Shown: piece by piece, positions 15,268 through 25,026 of the stretch
Position numbering within the stretch: position 1 is the stretch's first letter
Layout of the letters: each line of letters starts with the position of its first letter
Origin: Acutalibacteraceae bacterium
GTDB taxonomy: Bacteria; Bacillota; Clostridia; Oscillospirales; Acutalibacteraceae
Direction of reading: 5' to 3'
Length of the DNA: 31,218 bases
NCBI GenBank assembly: GCA_045588405.1
Contig: JAZNEE010000122.1
Location: 1-31,218, forward strand
Translations under genes and position numbers: made by a program
Notes under the pieces: generated by a model
Told to the model about the DNA's origin: nothing
Databases searched by the model: none
The model's input: only the letters and a program-made list of their open reading frames with translations

Positions 15268-18107
15268 TATTTATCCTTCACTTTCGCGGCAATGGCCGAA
15301 ATTATCATAAATATCAACTGATATGCGGTAATGGCAAAGGCAGTAACTGCTGAAAGTTTGCCCATGATTGCCAAATACAGCAGTAGCACCGTACCCAGAG
15401 CTGCCGAAATTATAAACACGGTGGTGAGAACGGCAATTATTGAGTTGAGAATTATACCCGAAGTGACAGCCGATAAGTAACCTGTAACATCCTTGCCGTA
15501 AACAGCAGGTGCCGAAAGATTTTCGCAAGGTCTTATCTGGCGGTCATAAAATACACGTCCGTTGTGATTCATAGATTTAAGCGCGTCGTCGGGGATGCCG
15601 AAATAATCACAAATCATGGCATCAGAAGCGTTGGGATCCTGAGGATTAACAAGCACGGTCATACCTGTGTCGCAAATCTTTTTGAGTTCGTAAGCAACAT
15701 TGGGATCGGCCTCGTATTTAACAACAAACAAAAGACAAGGAACACCCTTGCAAGCAATATAAACGGGGAAATAGCCTGCTTTTAAAATCTTTTGGTCAAC
15801 CGTTGCCGGAGGAACAGGAACGCTGTGTCCTTGCATGAGATTTCGATTGCCGATAAGCACGGTGTTATCACCTATCCAGCCCGAAATTCCCATCTTGTCC
15901 TCATACTGCACACCATTAACCTTGGGCAAACCTTCCATTGATACACCAACCATATCGCGGAAGATACCTGCCAACGGGCTTTTTGCAGCAATGGCGACTG
16001 CTGCGGCTGCGGTAAGTGTCTGGCCTATCTCGTTTTCGCCAAGTGTTTTCATGTTATAAAGTTTTACACTGCCTTCGGGGAAAAGGTCGGAAGTATTAAC
16101 AGCAATAACGTTTGACAAATTGATATCGTAAGCACCCTTAAAGCCTGCCATGGCTGCGCCTTTTTCAAAAAGGCGGTTTGCAATTCGGTTCATTGGCATT
16201 TCGGCGCTAAGCACTGCCGATGCGGAAAAAATGCAAAGCATTACAGCGAACGCAAGAGTTATACCGGCACCCGCAGAAACGAGCAATCCACCCACCAAGC
16301 CCATAACGGCAGAAGCGGCAAGACCAACAAAGAACAAGGTCTTAACCCTTAAATCAAACGGGCTCTTATAACTTGAATTTTTAACAAAATTCTGAACATT
16401 GACGGTTTCGACCGCGCAAAGTCCCACAACCTCGCCTTCAACCGCACCCGAAGCCATAACGTTAGCCGCTCTTTGGTCGGCAATCTTGACGGCATTTTTG
16501 GGGTCAGTTGTGGCAATTATCTGTAAGCCTTTGGCAAGACGTTGTTCTTTTTTAAGCTTAACTGCACGGTTGACAGCAATCAAAAAGCTTGCTGCTGCGG
16601 CAAGGAAGGGTAATTCGCCGTTGTAAGCAAAGGCGCTGACGGCAGTTTGAACTATTCCAAGCACTCCTACTGTAGCAACGCAGATATCAAAGTTCGGTTT
16701 TTCGGCAATTTTTTCAAATTCCTTAAATACATCAAAACTAACGCCCAACGAAATGGCAGTAAGTACAATTGAAATAATACCACCTGCTGTTGGGGGCAAA
16801 AGATCGAGAATGGGTAACGACAAAAGCAACAGCAAGCCAAAAGCGATAAACGATATAGCCGTTTTCACTGTTTCCTTAGCAATTCTCTCGGCAGAAGCAG
16901 TGCGAAGTCTTGCCGCATCGTTAATATTGTTATACTCATCAAAGGTTAAAGAGTCGTCCTCTGCTTCGTAATAAGGAATCTCTTCTTCATCCTCGTCATT
17001 TTCTTCGTAATCGCCATCATAAATGTTGCGCGATACATCGAACGAATCATCGGCTTTTTGGGAGATTATATCATCAAGCCCGTCAAACATACGGGTGGAA
17101 TCCATAGCCTCGGCTTTTTTTCTTGCCTCTTCTTCCTTTTGAGCCTTGATAAGTTCAGAAAGCTCAATGGTGCCATCAGGAGTCTGCTCAATAGCCTTTC
17201 CACCAACAACACGGCCGTAAACCTTAACTTCGGAAGCGGCAACAGGAGGCATTATGACGGTTGCATCCGGTACCACGGGGGACATTATAACCGTGGCATC
17301 GGTTGCAGGTGCTGCCACAGTGTGCATAATTTCTGCCGGTGCGTTCGAGGGGATAACCTCAACCTCAACCTTAACCTCGTGATTTTCCTCTTTATCGGCA
17401 GTTTTAATATCTTCATCTATGTTTGAGGTCGATTCGAAAGCAACCTCGGGTTCAAAAGTTTTAACCTCTTCTGTCTCGGGTTCAACCTTTTCTTCCTTCT
17501 CTAAAGGCTCATCGGTCGATTCTGCAGAAGGCTCCATAGCAATAACCTCTGGCTTTGATTCCTCCTCTGCCAAGGTGCCGTTTACAGCCTGTTTGCAACG
17601 CAAAAGGAACGCTGCCGCAGCATCGCTTTGTGCAGGTTCGGAAGCCGAAAGATCAACCCTTGTTCCTGTATCGATGGGAATAATAGGATCAACTGTTTCG
17701 GTGCGCACATTGGTATTTTTAAGAATCTCCTCGGCACGCTTTGCGGCCTTTTCGGTTTCTTCTTCGGTCATTTCAATCTTCGAAGGCTCGGCGAAAGTCG
17801 AAATGTTGATACTATCAGCCTTTGAAGCTGCCCAGGAAGGCACATAGTTGTCATCAAAGCCGGTTTCGGCCTTTTTCTGATGCTCCTTCATACTTTCATA
17901 AACCGAACCCGATTGAGGTCTTTCACCATGTTTCATTGGAATGGTCTCGGTGCCAATAACCTCATCAACCGTCAAGGCATGCGGAGCCGTTGTACGGTGC
18001 TCTGTACGTCTTAAAGGTGATATATAATCGTCATCGTCATTAAACAACAAGTCATTATGTAAATCTTCGAACTGTTTCTTCGATTTTCCAAATAAACCCA
18101 CGCCCAT
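15267..18107 (-). CDS. Large membrane protein with acidic low-complexity N-terminus and a degenerate P1B-type ATPase-like C-terminal half
   Basis: 946 aa; roughly the first 390 aa are E/D/A/P-rich. The C-terminal half has TM clusters and N-domain-like GISGWIGDNTVLIGNRNLM and VYIACKG, but no DKTGT, TGES or GDGxND. Confidence 0.65.
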   Translation of the reverse strand: MGVGLFGKSKKQFEDLHNDLLFNDDDDYISPLRRTEHRTTAPHALTVDEVIGTETIPMKHGERPQSGSVYESMKEHQKKAETGFDDNYVPSWAASKADSINISTFAEPSKIEMTEEETEKAAKRAEEILKNTNVRTETVDPIIPIDTGTRVDLSASEPAQSDAAAAFLLRCKQAVNGTLAEEESKPEVIAMEPSAESTDEPLEKEEKVEPETEEVKTFEPEVAFESTSNIDEDIKTADKEENHEVKVEVEVIPSNAPAEIMHTVAAPATDATVIMSPVVPDATVIMPPVAASEVKVYGRVVGGKAIEQTPDGTIELSELIKAQKEEEARKKAEAMDSTRMFDGLDDIISQKADDSFDVSRNIYDGDYEENDEDEEEIPYYEAEDDSLTFDEYNNINDAARLRTASAERIAKETVKTAISFIAFGLLLLLSLPILDLLPPTAGGIISIVLTAISLGVSFDVFKEFEKIAEKPNFDICVATVGVLGIVQTAVSAFAYNGELPFLAAAASFLIAVNRAVKLKKEQRLAKGLQIIATTDPKNAVKIADQRAANVMASGAVEGEVVGLCAVETVNVQNFVKNSSYKSPFDLRVKTLFFVGLAASAVMGLVGGLLVSAGAGITLAFAVMLCIFSASAVLSAEMPMNRIANRLFEKGAAMAGFKGAYDINLSNVIAVNTSDLFPEGSVKLYNMKTLGENEIGQTLTAAAAVAIAAKSPLAGIFRDMVGVSMEGLPKVNGVQYEDKMGISGWIGDNTVLIGNRNLMQGHSVPVPPATVDQKILKAGYFPVYIACKGVPCLLFVVKYEADPNVAYELKKICDTGMTVLVNPQDPNASDAMICDYFGIPDDALKSMNHNGRVFYDRQIRPCENLSAPAVYGKDVTGYLSAVTSGIILNSIIAVLTTVFIISAALGTVLLLYLAIMGKLSAVTAFAITAYQLIFMIISAIAAKVKDK

Positions 18108-18120
18108 TCATCCCTTTCCG

Positions 18121-18915
18121 TTAGTTTATACTCTTAATTCCACCGCGTTGACGCACTATTTCATACATAAGTATGCCGGCGGCAACCGAAGCGTTAAGAG
18201 AATTTATGTTTCCAAGCATCGGCAACGATACTATTTTATCGCATTTATCCTTTACAAGGCGGCTGACTCCCCTACCCTCGGAGCCGATAACCAACCCGCA
18301 AGAGCCTTTCATATCGGTTGAGCACCAGCTGTCACCATCCATATCGGCGGCATAAATCCACATACCCTTTTCTTTAAGTCTGTCGATTTCGGAACTCAAA
18401 TTTGTCACTCTTGCAACCTTCATATACTCCAAAGCACCTGCCGCAGATTTTGCAACAACTGCATTGAGCGAAGCACTTCTTCTTTGAGGAATTATAATTC
18501 CATGCACTCCGCAAGCCTCGGCTGTACGGATAATCGCGCCCAAATTGTGCGGGTCTTCAATTCCGTCACAAATTATAACAAACGGCGATTCGCCCTTTTC
18601 CTCTGCATACTGCAAAATATCATCAACCGAGCAGTATTTATGCGCAGCAACTATTAAAGCAACACCTTGGTGCGAAGCACCGCCGCTCATAAAATCAAGC
18701 TTTTGCGGCGAAACCTCTTTAACTAAAATTCCACGGTCGCGACATTTTGCAATGATAGCCTTAACCGAACCTTCGGCAGCACCGTGAGCCACCAAAAGCT
18801 TATCTATTTCACGTCCCGAACGCAAAGCCTCGGTAACGGGGTTTCTGCCAACTATAACATCCGAAAAGCGTTCTTCGCTTTCGAAATTTTGTCTCTCATC
18901 ATTAAAATCGGTCAT
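18121..18915 (-). CDS. rlmB: TrmH/SpoU-family RNA methyltransferase (RlmB-like, 23S Gm2251)
   Basis: GRNPVTEAL, HQGV, DGIEDPHNLGAIIRTA, VIGSEGRG, NSLNASVAAG. Confidence 0.88.
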   Translation of the reverse strand: MTDFNDERQNFESEERFSDVIVGRNPVTEALRSGREIDKLLVAHGAAEGSVKAIIAKCRDRGILVKEVSPQKLDFMSGGASHQGVALIVAAHKYCSVDDILQYAEEKGESPFVIICDGIEDPHNLGAIIRTAEACGVHGIIIPQRRSASLNAVVAKSAAGALEYMKVARVTNLSSEIDRLKEKGMWIYAADMDGDSWCSTDMKGSCGLVIGSEGRGVSRLVKDKCDKIVSLPMLGNINSLNASVAAGILMYEIVRQRGGIKSIN

Positions 18916-19637
18916 TATTTCTTTCCCTCATATCTTTGACCTGTCAAAGCCTCAAATGAAGTTTTAACAGCATCTTCACTCATATCACATTCCAACCGCC
19001 AAACAGGAATTGCACGGATAAATTTATCCATAAGGCTTGTCATTTTGTCGGTATTTTCTCGTTTTGGCGGGAAAAATGTTTGCCTTAAAAGGCTCATTAC
19101 CGCCTTCACTTTGTCAGCAGGCTCGATTTTGTTAACCTTACCGCGTTGAAGCAATACTACGCCACCTACCGGCACTGTGACGTTTTCATTTTCGTCAGTT
19201 TTGCCGCTCCACGGAGTGCCTATTGCACAAAAAACTCCGTCTATAAACCTTATTGCCGGTTTGTCATCGTTAATTTTTTTAACGGCATCACCCAAATATT
19301 CGCACCACAGTCTTGTATGAGTAGATTTACCTGTTCCGCAATCGGCCGAGAAAAGATAAGCCTTACCGTCGTAGCTTATGGCAGAAGAATGAAGCAAAAA
19401 GCCATCAAAATCAATAAGGTTGTTATAAAACACAGCCGAGGTATAGATATACTCCCTTTGCGCGTCGTCGAGATTGGGCGATGTTCTTCGCATAAGCTCG
19501 AACTTTTCATCGGGCATTTCTATCAAGATATCGGGCTTGCCGCTAAAATCGGCAAGATATTTTTCGGCACGTGATTTTAACATATCGTAACGTGCGTTCA
19601 TTTCGACCTTTAATCCTGCAATGATATATCTGCTCAT
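18915..19637 (-). CDS. HPr-kinase-like P-loop protein (ScmC-like/HprK-related)
   Basis: LLHSSAI, P-loop variant SADCGTGKSTH, INDDKP, GTPWSGK. Confidence 0.7.
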   Translation of the reverse strand: MSRYIIAGLKVEMNARYDMLKSRAEKYLADFSGKPDILIEMPDEKFELMRRTSPNLDDAQREYIYTSAVFYNNLIDFDGFLLHSSAISYDGKAYLFSADCGTGKSTHTRLWCEYLGDAVKKINDDKPAIRFIDGVFCAIGTPWSGKTDENENVTVPVGGVVLLQRGKVNKIEPADKVKAVMSLLRQTFFPPKRENTDKMTSLMDKFIRAIPVWRLECDMSEDAVKTSFEALTGQRYEGKK

Positions 19638-19671
19638 AATTCCTCCATAATAACAGAATATAACTATTTAT

Positions 19672-19700
19672 ATAATAAAACTTTTCGAGTGAAATGTCAA
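19672..19700 (-). promoter_or_regulatory. Putative sigma-A promoter of the kinase-like/rlmB operon
   Basis: TTGACA (19700-19695), 17 nt, TATTAT (19677-19672). Confidence 0.7.
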
Positions 19701-19803
19701 AGGAAAATATTAAAATTTACGAACAATTTACATACATTTTGATAAAAATGGTTATAATATCCACAAGATAGGCTATTTTAAAGACAGAAAGGAAGCTAAA
19801 ACA

Positions 19804-21024
19804 ATGATTAGCAGTATAAAAGGCTTTGAAGTGCTTGATTCAAGAGGCAATCCAACCGTTGCAGCTGAGGTTACTCTTACAAGCGGAGTAAAAGCAATGG
19901 CTTTTGCCCCTTCCGGCGCTTCAACGGGCAAGTTTGAAGCACACGAATTAAGAGATGGTGGCGACCGTTTTGGTGGTAAGGGCGTTTTGACCGCGGTTAA
20001 CAACATTAACAACATTATTGCTCCTCACATTTGCTCTCTTTACACCCTTGACCAATCGGTTATTGACAACGAAATGAAAATGCTTGACGGCACCGAAAAC
20101 AAACAAAAATTAGGTGCAAATGCCATTCTTGCCGTGTCATTGGCAGTGGCACGTGCTGCTGCAAGGCAAAACAAAATACCGCTTTACAGGTATTTGGGCG
20201 GTATTGCTACCCACTCGTTGCCAAGACCGATGATGAACATTTTAAACGGTGGCGCTCACGCCGACAATACCCTTGATATTCAAGAGTTTATGATAGTCCC
20301 CAACCTTGGCTCATTTTCGGATAATCTTCGTGCCGGCACCGAAGTTTACCACGCTTTGAAGTCTATTCTCAAAAAAGACGGTAAATCGACTGCGGTTGGT
20401 GACGAGGGTGGCTTTGCGCCCGACCTTAAAGACGACCGTGAAGCCTTAGAATATATCCTCAAAGCCGTTGATTTGGTAGGATTGTCAACCGATAAAATCG
20501 GTCTTGCTTTGGACGTTGCTTCAAGCGAATGGTACAAAGACGGTCAATATTACTTGCCGAAATCCAAGCTAACCCTTTCTGCCGAGCTGTTGTCCGAGAG
20601 AATTGCCTCTTTGATTAACGATTACCCCATAATCTCGGTTGAGGACCCGCTTGCCGAAGAAGACTACGACGGTTGGGCTACGCTCACATCTCGTTTGGGC
20701 GATAAAGCGATGCTTGTCGGTGATGTCCTTTTTGTGACCAACAAAGCAAGATTGCAAGACGGTATTGATAAAAAAATTGCCAACTCGATTTTAATAAAGC
20801 TCAACCAAATCGGAACACTAAGTGAAACTTTGGATGTTATAAACCTTGCCAAAGCTAACGGATATACTCCCATTATTTCGCATCGTTCGGGCGAAACCGA
20901 GGACACCTTTATTGCCGACCTTGCGGTGGCAGTTGGTGCAGAATTTATAAAGTCGGGTGCACCCTGCCGAACTGACAGAACGGCAAAATACAACCGACTT
21001 TTGAAAATCGAAGCAGACCTTTAA
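19804..21024 (+). CDS. eno: Enolase
   Basis: LDSRGNPTV, PSGASTG, LGANAIL, QEFM, GDEGGFAP, ALDVA, SVEDP, ILIKLNQIG, SHRSGETED, KYNRLL. GDVLF replaces the usual GDDLF. Confidence 0.95.
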   Translation: MISSIKGFEVLDSRGNPTVAAEVTLTSGVKAMAFAPSGASTGKFEAHELRDGGDRFGGKGVLTAVNNINNIIAPHICSLYTLDQSVIDNEMKMLDGTENKQKLGANAILAVSLAVARAAARQNKIPLYRYLGGIATHSLPRPMMNILNGGAHADNTLDIQEFMIVPNLGSFSDNLRAGTEVYHALKSILKKDGKSTAVGDEGGFAPDLKDDREALEYILKAVDLVGLSTDKIGLALDVASSEWYKDGQYYLPKSKLTLSAELLSERIASLINDYPIISVEDPLAEEDYDGWATLTSRLGDKAMLVGDVLFVTNKARLQDGIDKKIANSILIKLNQIGTLSETLDVINLAKANGYTPIISHRSGETEDTFIADLAVAVGAEFIKSGAPCRTDRTAKYNRLLKIEADL

Positions 21025-21059
21025 ATTTAATTGTTATTATACCTTTCCACAAGCAAAAC

Positions 21060-21094
21060 AAAAGTCGGTTGGACTGATCCAACCGACTTTTTTT
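21060..21094. terminator. Bidirectional intrinsic terminator between eno and nagA
   Basis: Perfect 14-bp inverted repeat aaaagtcggttgga-ctga-tccaaccgactttt. Confidence 0.9.
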
Positions 21095-21096
21095 AA

Positions 21097-22281
21097 TTAA
21101 CATACAACGCCGTCTAAAACAACGTTTTTAATATTAAGATTTTCATCAAACAGCACCAAGTCGGCTGCTTTGCCGTTTTCAATGCTGCCCAAAGTATCGC
21201 CGAGTCCCAAAATTTTAGCAGGAGTTTCTGCCATCATCTTGCAGGCGGTAACCTTGTCAATGCCATAATCTTTCACAAGCACTCTGAAGCAACGGTCGGC
21301 AGTTGCTATGCTTCCCGCAAAGGAAGACATATCAAGCAACTTTGCAACACCGTCATCAACAATAACCTCGGTGCCGTTTTTAAGGCTTCCGAGCATACCT
21401 TTTTTAAGGTCGGTGCAAGAAATTCGTGTGGCATCGGTTATGATGCAAACCTTGTCAGCGCCCTTGATTTTAAGTGCAAGCCTTAAAGTATCGCGGGGAA
21501 TGTGGCAACCGTCACCGATAAGCTCAACCGAAACGTTATCACTAAGATAGGTCGCCTCGACTGCACCCGCAAGCACCTTTTGACCTTCTTTACGATGGGC
21601 TGTGCAAGCGTTATAAAAATGGGTAACGTGGGCAAAGCCGTTGGCAATTCCATCCAAAGCCTGCTCGCTTGTTGACGAGGTGTGAGCAATGGCGGGCATA
21701 ATGCCGTTTTCAATGCACACACGGGCAAACATATCGCTGCCTTCGAGTTCCGGTGCTGCATCCCAACGCAAAATAGCGCCTTTTGCAGCAGCAATTATCC
21801 TTTTCATTTCGGCTTCATCGGGGTTCCTTAAAAGGTTGCCGGGCTGTGCACCCTTGGATTTACCTGTTGCACCCGAAAAATAGGGTCCCTCAAGATGTAA
21901 ACCGGGGGCTTTTGCAGCTTTTTCGGCGGGGTTTTTCTTATATTCAAGAAAAGCCTCAACAAACGCCACAAGGTCTTCCTCCGAAGCTGTCATTGCTGTA
22001 GGAACAAGGCAGGTTGTGCCAAATTTCAAATGTGCCTTCAACGCAACTTCAAAATCTTCACGGGTGGCATCCATAAAATCGGCACCGCCACCACCGTGAA
22101 CGTGAACGTCAATAAATCCAGGTGTGAGCAAACCGCCCTCACCCTCCAAAACCACCGCATCTTCGGGTGCATTTTTGCAACCGATTTCGGCGATTTTGCC
22201 GTCTTTCACCAAAACATCGCAAAGTTCTGTTTCTCGGTCGGGCAAAACGGCACGGACGTTTTTTATAATCAAGCTTTTCAT
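21097..22281 (-). CDS. nagA: N-acetylhexosamine-6-phosphate deacetylase (NagA family)
   Basis: PGFIDVHVHGGGG, HLEGPY, THFYNA, DGCH, ITDA, GSIENGKAADLV. Confidence 0.88.
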   Translation of the reverse strand: MKSLIIKNVRAVLPDRETELCDVLVKDGKIAEIGCKNAPEDAVVLEGEGGLLTPGFIDVHVHGGGGADFMDATREDFEVALKAHLKFGTTCLVPTAMTASEEDLVAFVEAFLEYKKNPAEKAAKAPGLHLEGPYFSGATGKSKGAQPGNLLRNPDEAEMKRIIAAAKGAILRWDAAPELEGSDMFARVCIENGIMPAIAHTSSTSEQALDGIANGFAHVTHFYNACTAHRKEGQKVLAGAVEATYLSDNVSVELIGDGCHIPRDTLRLALKIKGADKVCIITDATRISCTDLKKGMLGSLKNGTEVIVDDGVAKLLDMSSFAGSIATADRCFRVLVKDYGIDKVTACKMMAETPAKILGLGDTLGSIENGKAADLVLFDENLNIKNVVLDGVVC

Positions 22282-22282
22282 A

Positions 22283-23140
22283 TTACTTGTTGTAAACTCT
22301 TATCTCGGGGATGGGGCAAGCAGTTGCAACTGCTGCAGCATAAAGAGTTGCATCGGGATGGTTACGGAAGAGTGAGCAAGGAACCTTGCAGGTGATGTCG
22401 CCGTGCAAAACCTTACGCAATGCGCCTGCGTTCCAGTCACGAGGCATACACATAATAATCTTCTTAGCCTGGTAAATTTCTTTCATACCAACGGTGATGC
22501 AGTACTCGGGGATAGCCTCCAAATCAGCGCCACAGTTCATGAATGCGTTGATAGTCTTGGTCTCACGAGCAATTTTAAGAACGCGAGTAGGACGGTTGAG
22601 GAATTCCTCGTTGGTGCAAGCCTCGCCGGGTTCGGGTGGCTCGTTGAAAGCATAGTGTCCGTTGATACCAATACCACCAAATACCATATCAAGCTTGCCG
22701 TATTTCTCGATAATCTCCATAACGCGACCGGGATTCTTGGGGTCGGGGAAGATACGGTTTTCGGGCAAAAGGTTCAATTCATCGTCGATTCTTGAATAGA
22801 AAATTCTATCCATACCGCCACGGAAAGAAAGAGGATCGCTGCTATCGATATAGGTGTTCTCGTCTTCCAAATATTCGTCCATGTTGATGAATACGCAGTT
22901 CTTGAGCGAGATGCGATACTTGTTTACAAGATGAACAAGTCTAGCGTAGGGGCCGATAGGACCATAAGGTACTACCATAACGGTGGGCTCACCTTTTTTG
23001 TTGTTTGCCTCGATTACCTCGAGTACGTCGATTGCAACGCGCCAGTACATATCAACCTCGGCTTCACAAACCTGAAGTTTAATAGTAGTGTTTTCGTGCA
23101 GTTTCTCGGGGGGAATAAGATTGTAAGCTGCTGTTTTCAT
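22283..23140 (-). CDS. Divergent glucosamine/galactosamine-6-phosphate isomerase-deaminase (NagB-like)
   Basis: FINMDEY, GGIGINGHYAFNEP, ITVGMKEI, VPCSLFRNHPD; 285 aa; the usual ATGSS/TP-type phosphate loop is replaced by PYGPIGP. Confidence 0.78.
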   Translation of the reverse strand: MKTAAYNLIPPEKLHENTTIKLQVCEAEVDMYWRVAIDVLEVIEANNKKGEPTVMVVPYGPIGPYARLVHLVNKYRISLKNCVFINMDEYLEDENTYIDSSDPLSFRGGMDRIFYSRIDDELNLLPENRIFPDPKNPGRVMEIIEKYGKLDMVFGGIGINGHYAFNEPPEPGEACTNEEFLNRPTRVLKIARETKTINAFMNCGADLEAIPEYCITVGMKEIYQAKKIIMCMPRDWNAGALRKVLHGDITCKVPCSLFRNHPDATLYAAAVATACPIPEIRVYNK

Positions 23141-23153
23141 TTCTTATCACCTT

Positions 23154-24854
23154 TCATAAATTATTTTTTATTTTATCGTTCAAAGCCTCTCTGAAGCTTA
23201 TAAACTTTTCTTCTGATACGGCATCGGTTTTAAAATCAACCTCACCGTAATGCTCTTTCATAAATTCCAAGGTTGCCTCGCGGCCGATTTTACTTTCGAG
23301 CAATTTCAAAGCGCGAATGTCATTAAGTCCGTCATAGAAAACCTTTTGACGAATAGACTGGATACATTCACCGTTGATTGCGGGATAAACCATAAAGCCT
23401 GTTCCGGAGTTGGCGCCGCAATAGCCACAAGTGTTTGTCTTGGGATCGACAATGCCACGGGTCAGCATATCGTAATAATAGTTGTATCCCCATTGCAAAA
23501 AGCCCTTTACGTCATAAGCATAAAGACTCAGTCCCAACATTCGGTTGCGCCAGGGTGAACAATTAAGCTTTCGGTTGCTCTGTCCGCCGGTACATTGAGC
23601 GCCTGTATAATATGCCCAATAATTTTTGCATTTACCTTTAAACTCGTGAATGAAATCGGTGGCAACGATAGGTGTTTGCACAATGCCTTCTTCATAGAAT
23701 TCATAGTGTGACAAAGCATCGCCTCGCATATAGCCGTCCAAAAATTCTTTAACAATATTGGTGGCCTTTATATAGTCCTCCTTCATGTGGGGGAACGGCT
23801 CGTCCGACACGTGGAAAAGGAATTTTTTATCAATGTTCTGCGATTTCAAGAATTTCAGCAACTCGGGGATATAGGCTCGCAAAAATCCGGCATATTTCTT
23901 GCCCGATGCTTTGGTGTCCCAACCGAAAATACGTTTGTATTTTCCATCAACAGTTGCCATTACCTTGGGAGCGTGCATTGCACCCCACTGGGTAAAGAAA
24001 TGCGAATGCTCAAAATATTTGATTCCGCATTTTTTGGCTTCTTCAATAAATCTCTTTAAAAGTGTGAAATCGAATTTATACTGCCCGTTCACAACCTCGA
24101 CCGATACCAACTGAACTGTCATACGCTCGCCACCTATCGACGTATCAAGTGCAGGTGTAAAACACGGGGTTAATACCATATTCATACCGTTTTTAACGGC
24201 AGTCTTTAAGAAATTACGGAAGATTTCCCAAAAACGCTCCGAGAACATCTCGACTCCATAAGTATCGCAAAGCGAATCGCAATGGAACCAGTTGGTGTAG
24301 ATGAGTTTTTGCTTCGGCAGTTTAGCGTCGATAACGTTAACCGTTAGCTCACATTCGCCATCAACTTTATCCCATGCTCTGGAAATCAACTGCAATTTTA
24401 TTTTATGCTCGCCGGGTGAAATCGTTTTTTCGTTTTCGTTGATGGTCAGCCAAACGGCATTCCAGCTATCTCTCATAGCGTAAAGCTGAGTTCTGTCGCC
24501 ATCGAAATGCATCTTAATCCAAGGATTTGCGCCAACGTTATACTTCGGATTTACAGTTTTAGGCAACAGCATATCATAAAATATACCTGCACGAAATTGG
24601 TCGTTCAATTTGGGTTCGGATGTTTGTAAAGCAGGTACCGCACCTTCGCTGTAAAGCGATATGGGTAAATCGGTTTCAATTTTTAAATTGAACGGCAATG
24701 ATGTGCCTTCCAACAACTTAAAAGCAACCTGGAAAGACAACGGTTCATTTTTCACGCACGAAAAGACTGTTTTTTCGCTCTCACTCGGGTCAATTTCAGG
24801 GAAAACACGGTGAAGTGAACTTAACACAACCGTTTTGATTGGATATTCCGACAT
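23154..24854 (-). CDS. DUF4091-containing glycoside hydrolase (GH123-like)
   Basis: TNWFHCD, EHSHFFTQWG, adjacent acidic pair in FHVSDEP, GFLQWGYNYY, and a C-terminal DUF4091-like VYP...SIRQKVFYDGLNDIRAL. Start ATG 24854. Confidence 0.7.
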   Translation of the reverse strand: MSEYPIKTVVLSSLHRVFPEIDPSESEKTVFSCVKNEPLSFQVAFKLLEGTSLPFNLKIETDLPISLYSEGAVPALQTSEPKLNDQFRAGIFYDMLLPKTVNPKYNVGANPWIKMHFDGDRTQLYAMRDSWNAVWLTINENEKTISPGEHKIKLQLISRAWDKVDGECELTVNVIDAKLPKQKLIYTNWFHCDSLCDTYGVEMFSERFWEIFRNFLKTAVKNGMNMVLTPCFTPALDTSIGGERMTVQLVSVEVVNGQYKFDFTLLKRFIEEAKKCGIKYFEHSHFFTQWGAMHAPKVMATVDGKYKRIFGWDTKASGKKYAGFLRAYIPELLKFLKSQNIDKKFLFHVSDEPFPHMKEDYIKATNIVKEFLDGYMRGDALSHYEFYEEGIVQTPIVATDFIHEFKGKCKNYWAYYTGAQCTGGQSNRKLNCSPWRNRMLGLSLYAYDVKGFLQWGYNYYYDMLTRGIVDPKTNTCGYCGANSGTGFMVYPAINGECIQSIRQKVFYDGLNDIRALKLLESKIGREATLEFMKEHYGEVDFKTDAVSEEKFISFREALNDKIKNNL

Positions 24855-24887
24855 ACGAAGCACCACCTAACAATTTTACCTATTATC

Positions 24888-24916
24888 ATTATAAAATGCA
24901 ACGCGTTTTAAGTAAA
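24888..24916 (-). promoter_or_regulatory. Putative promoter of the GH/nagB-like/nagA operon
   Basis: TTTACT, 17 nt, TATAAT; divergent from araC. Confidence 0.6.
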
Positions 24917-24952
24917 GGTTATATGTTGCTAAAAAATAGGACAATATTGCTA

Positions 24953-24981
24953 TTGACTATTTTGCAAAAAAGGATTAAAAT
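24953..24981 (+). promoter_or_regulatory. Putative promoter of the AraC-family gene
   Basis: TTGACT, 17 nt, TAAAAT. Confidence 0.6.
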
Positions 24982-25026
24982 GCTATTGTGAGCAGTTGAA
25001 AACAACTGTGTTAAGGAGGGAAACCT

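Noticed and set aside
17240-17305. Short tandem peptide repeat DATVIMSPVVP / DATVIMPPVA
   Set aside because: Two copies in a low-complexity linker, consistent with an ordinary local duplication.
24893-24911. TAAAATGCAACGCGTTTTA imperfect palindrome as a cre/LacI-type operator
   Set aside because: Poor match to the cre consensus and no LacI gene nearby; cannot be supported from sequence alone.
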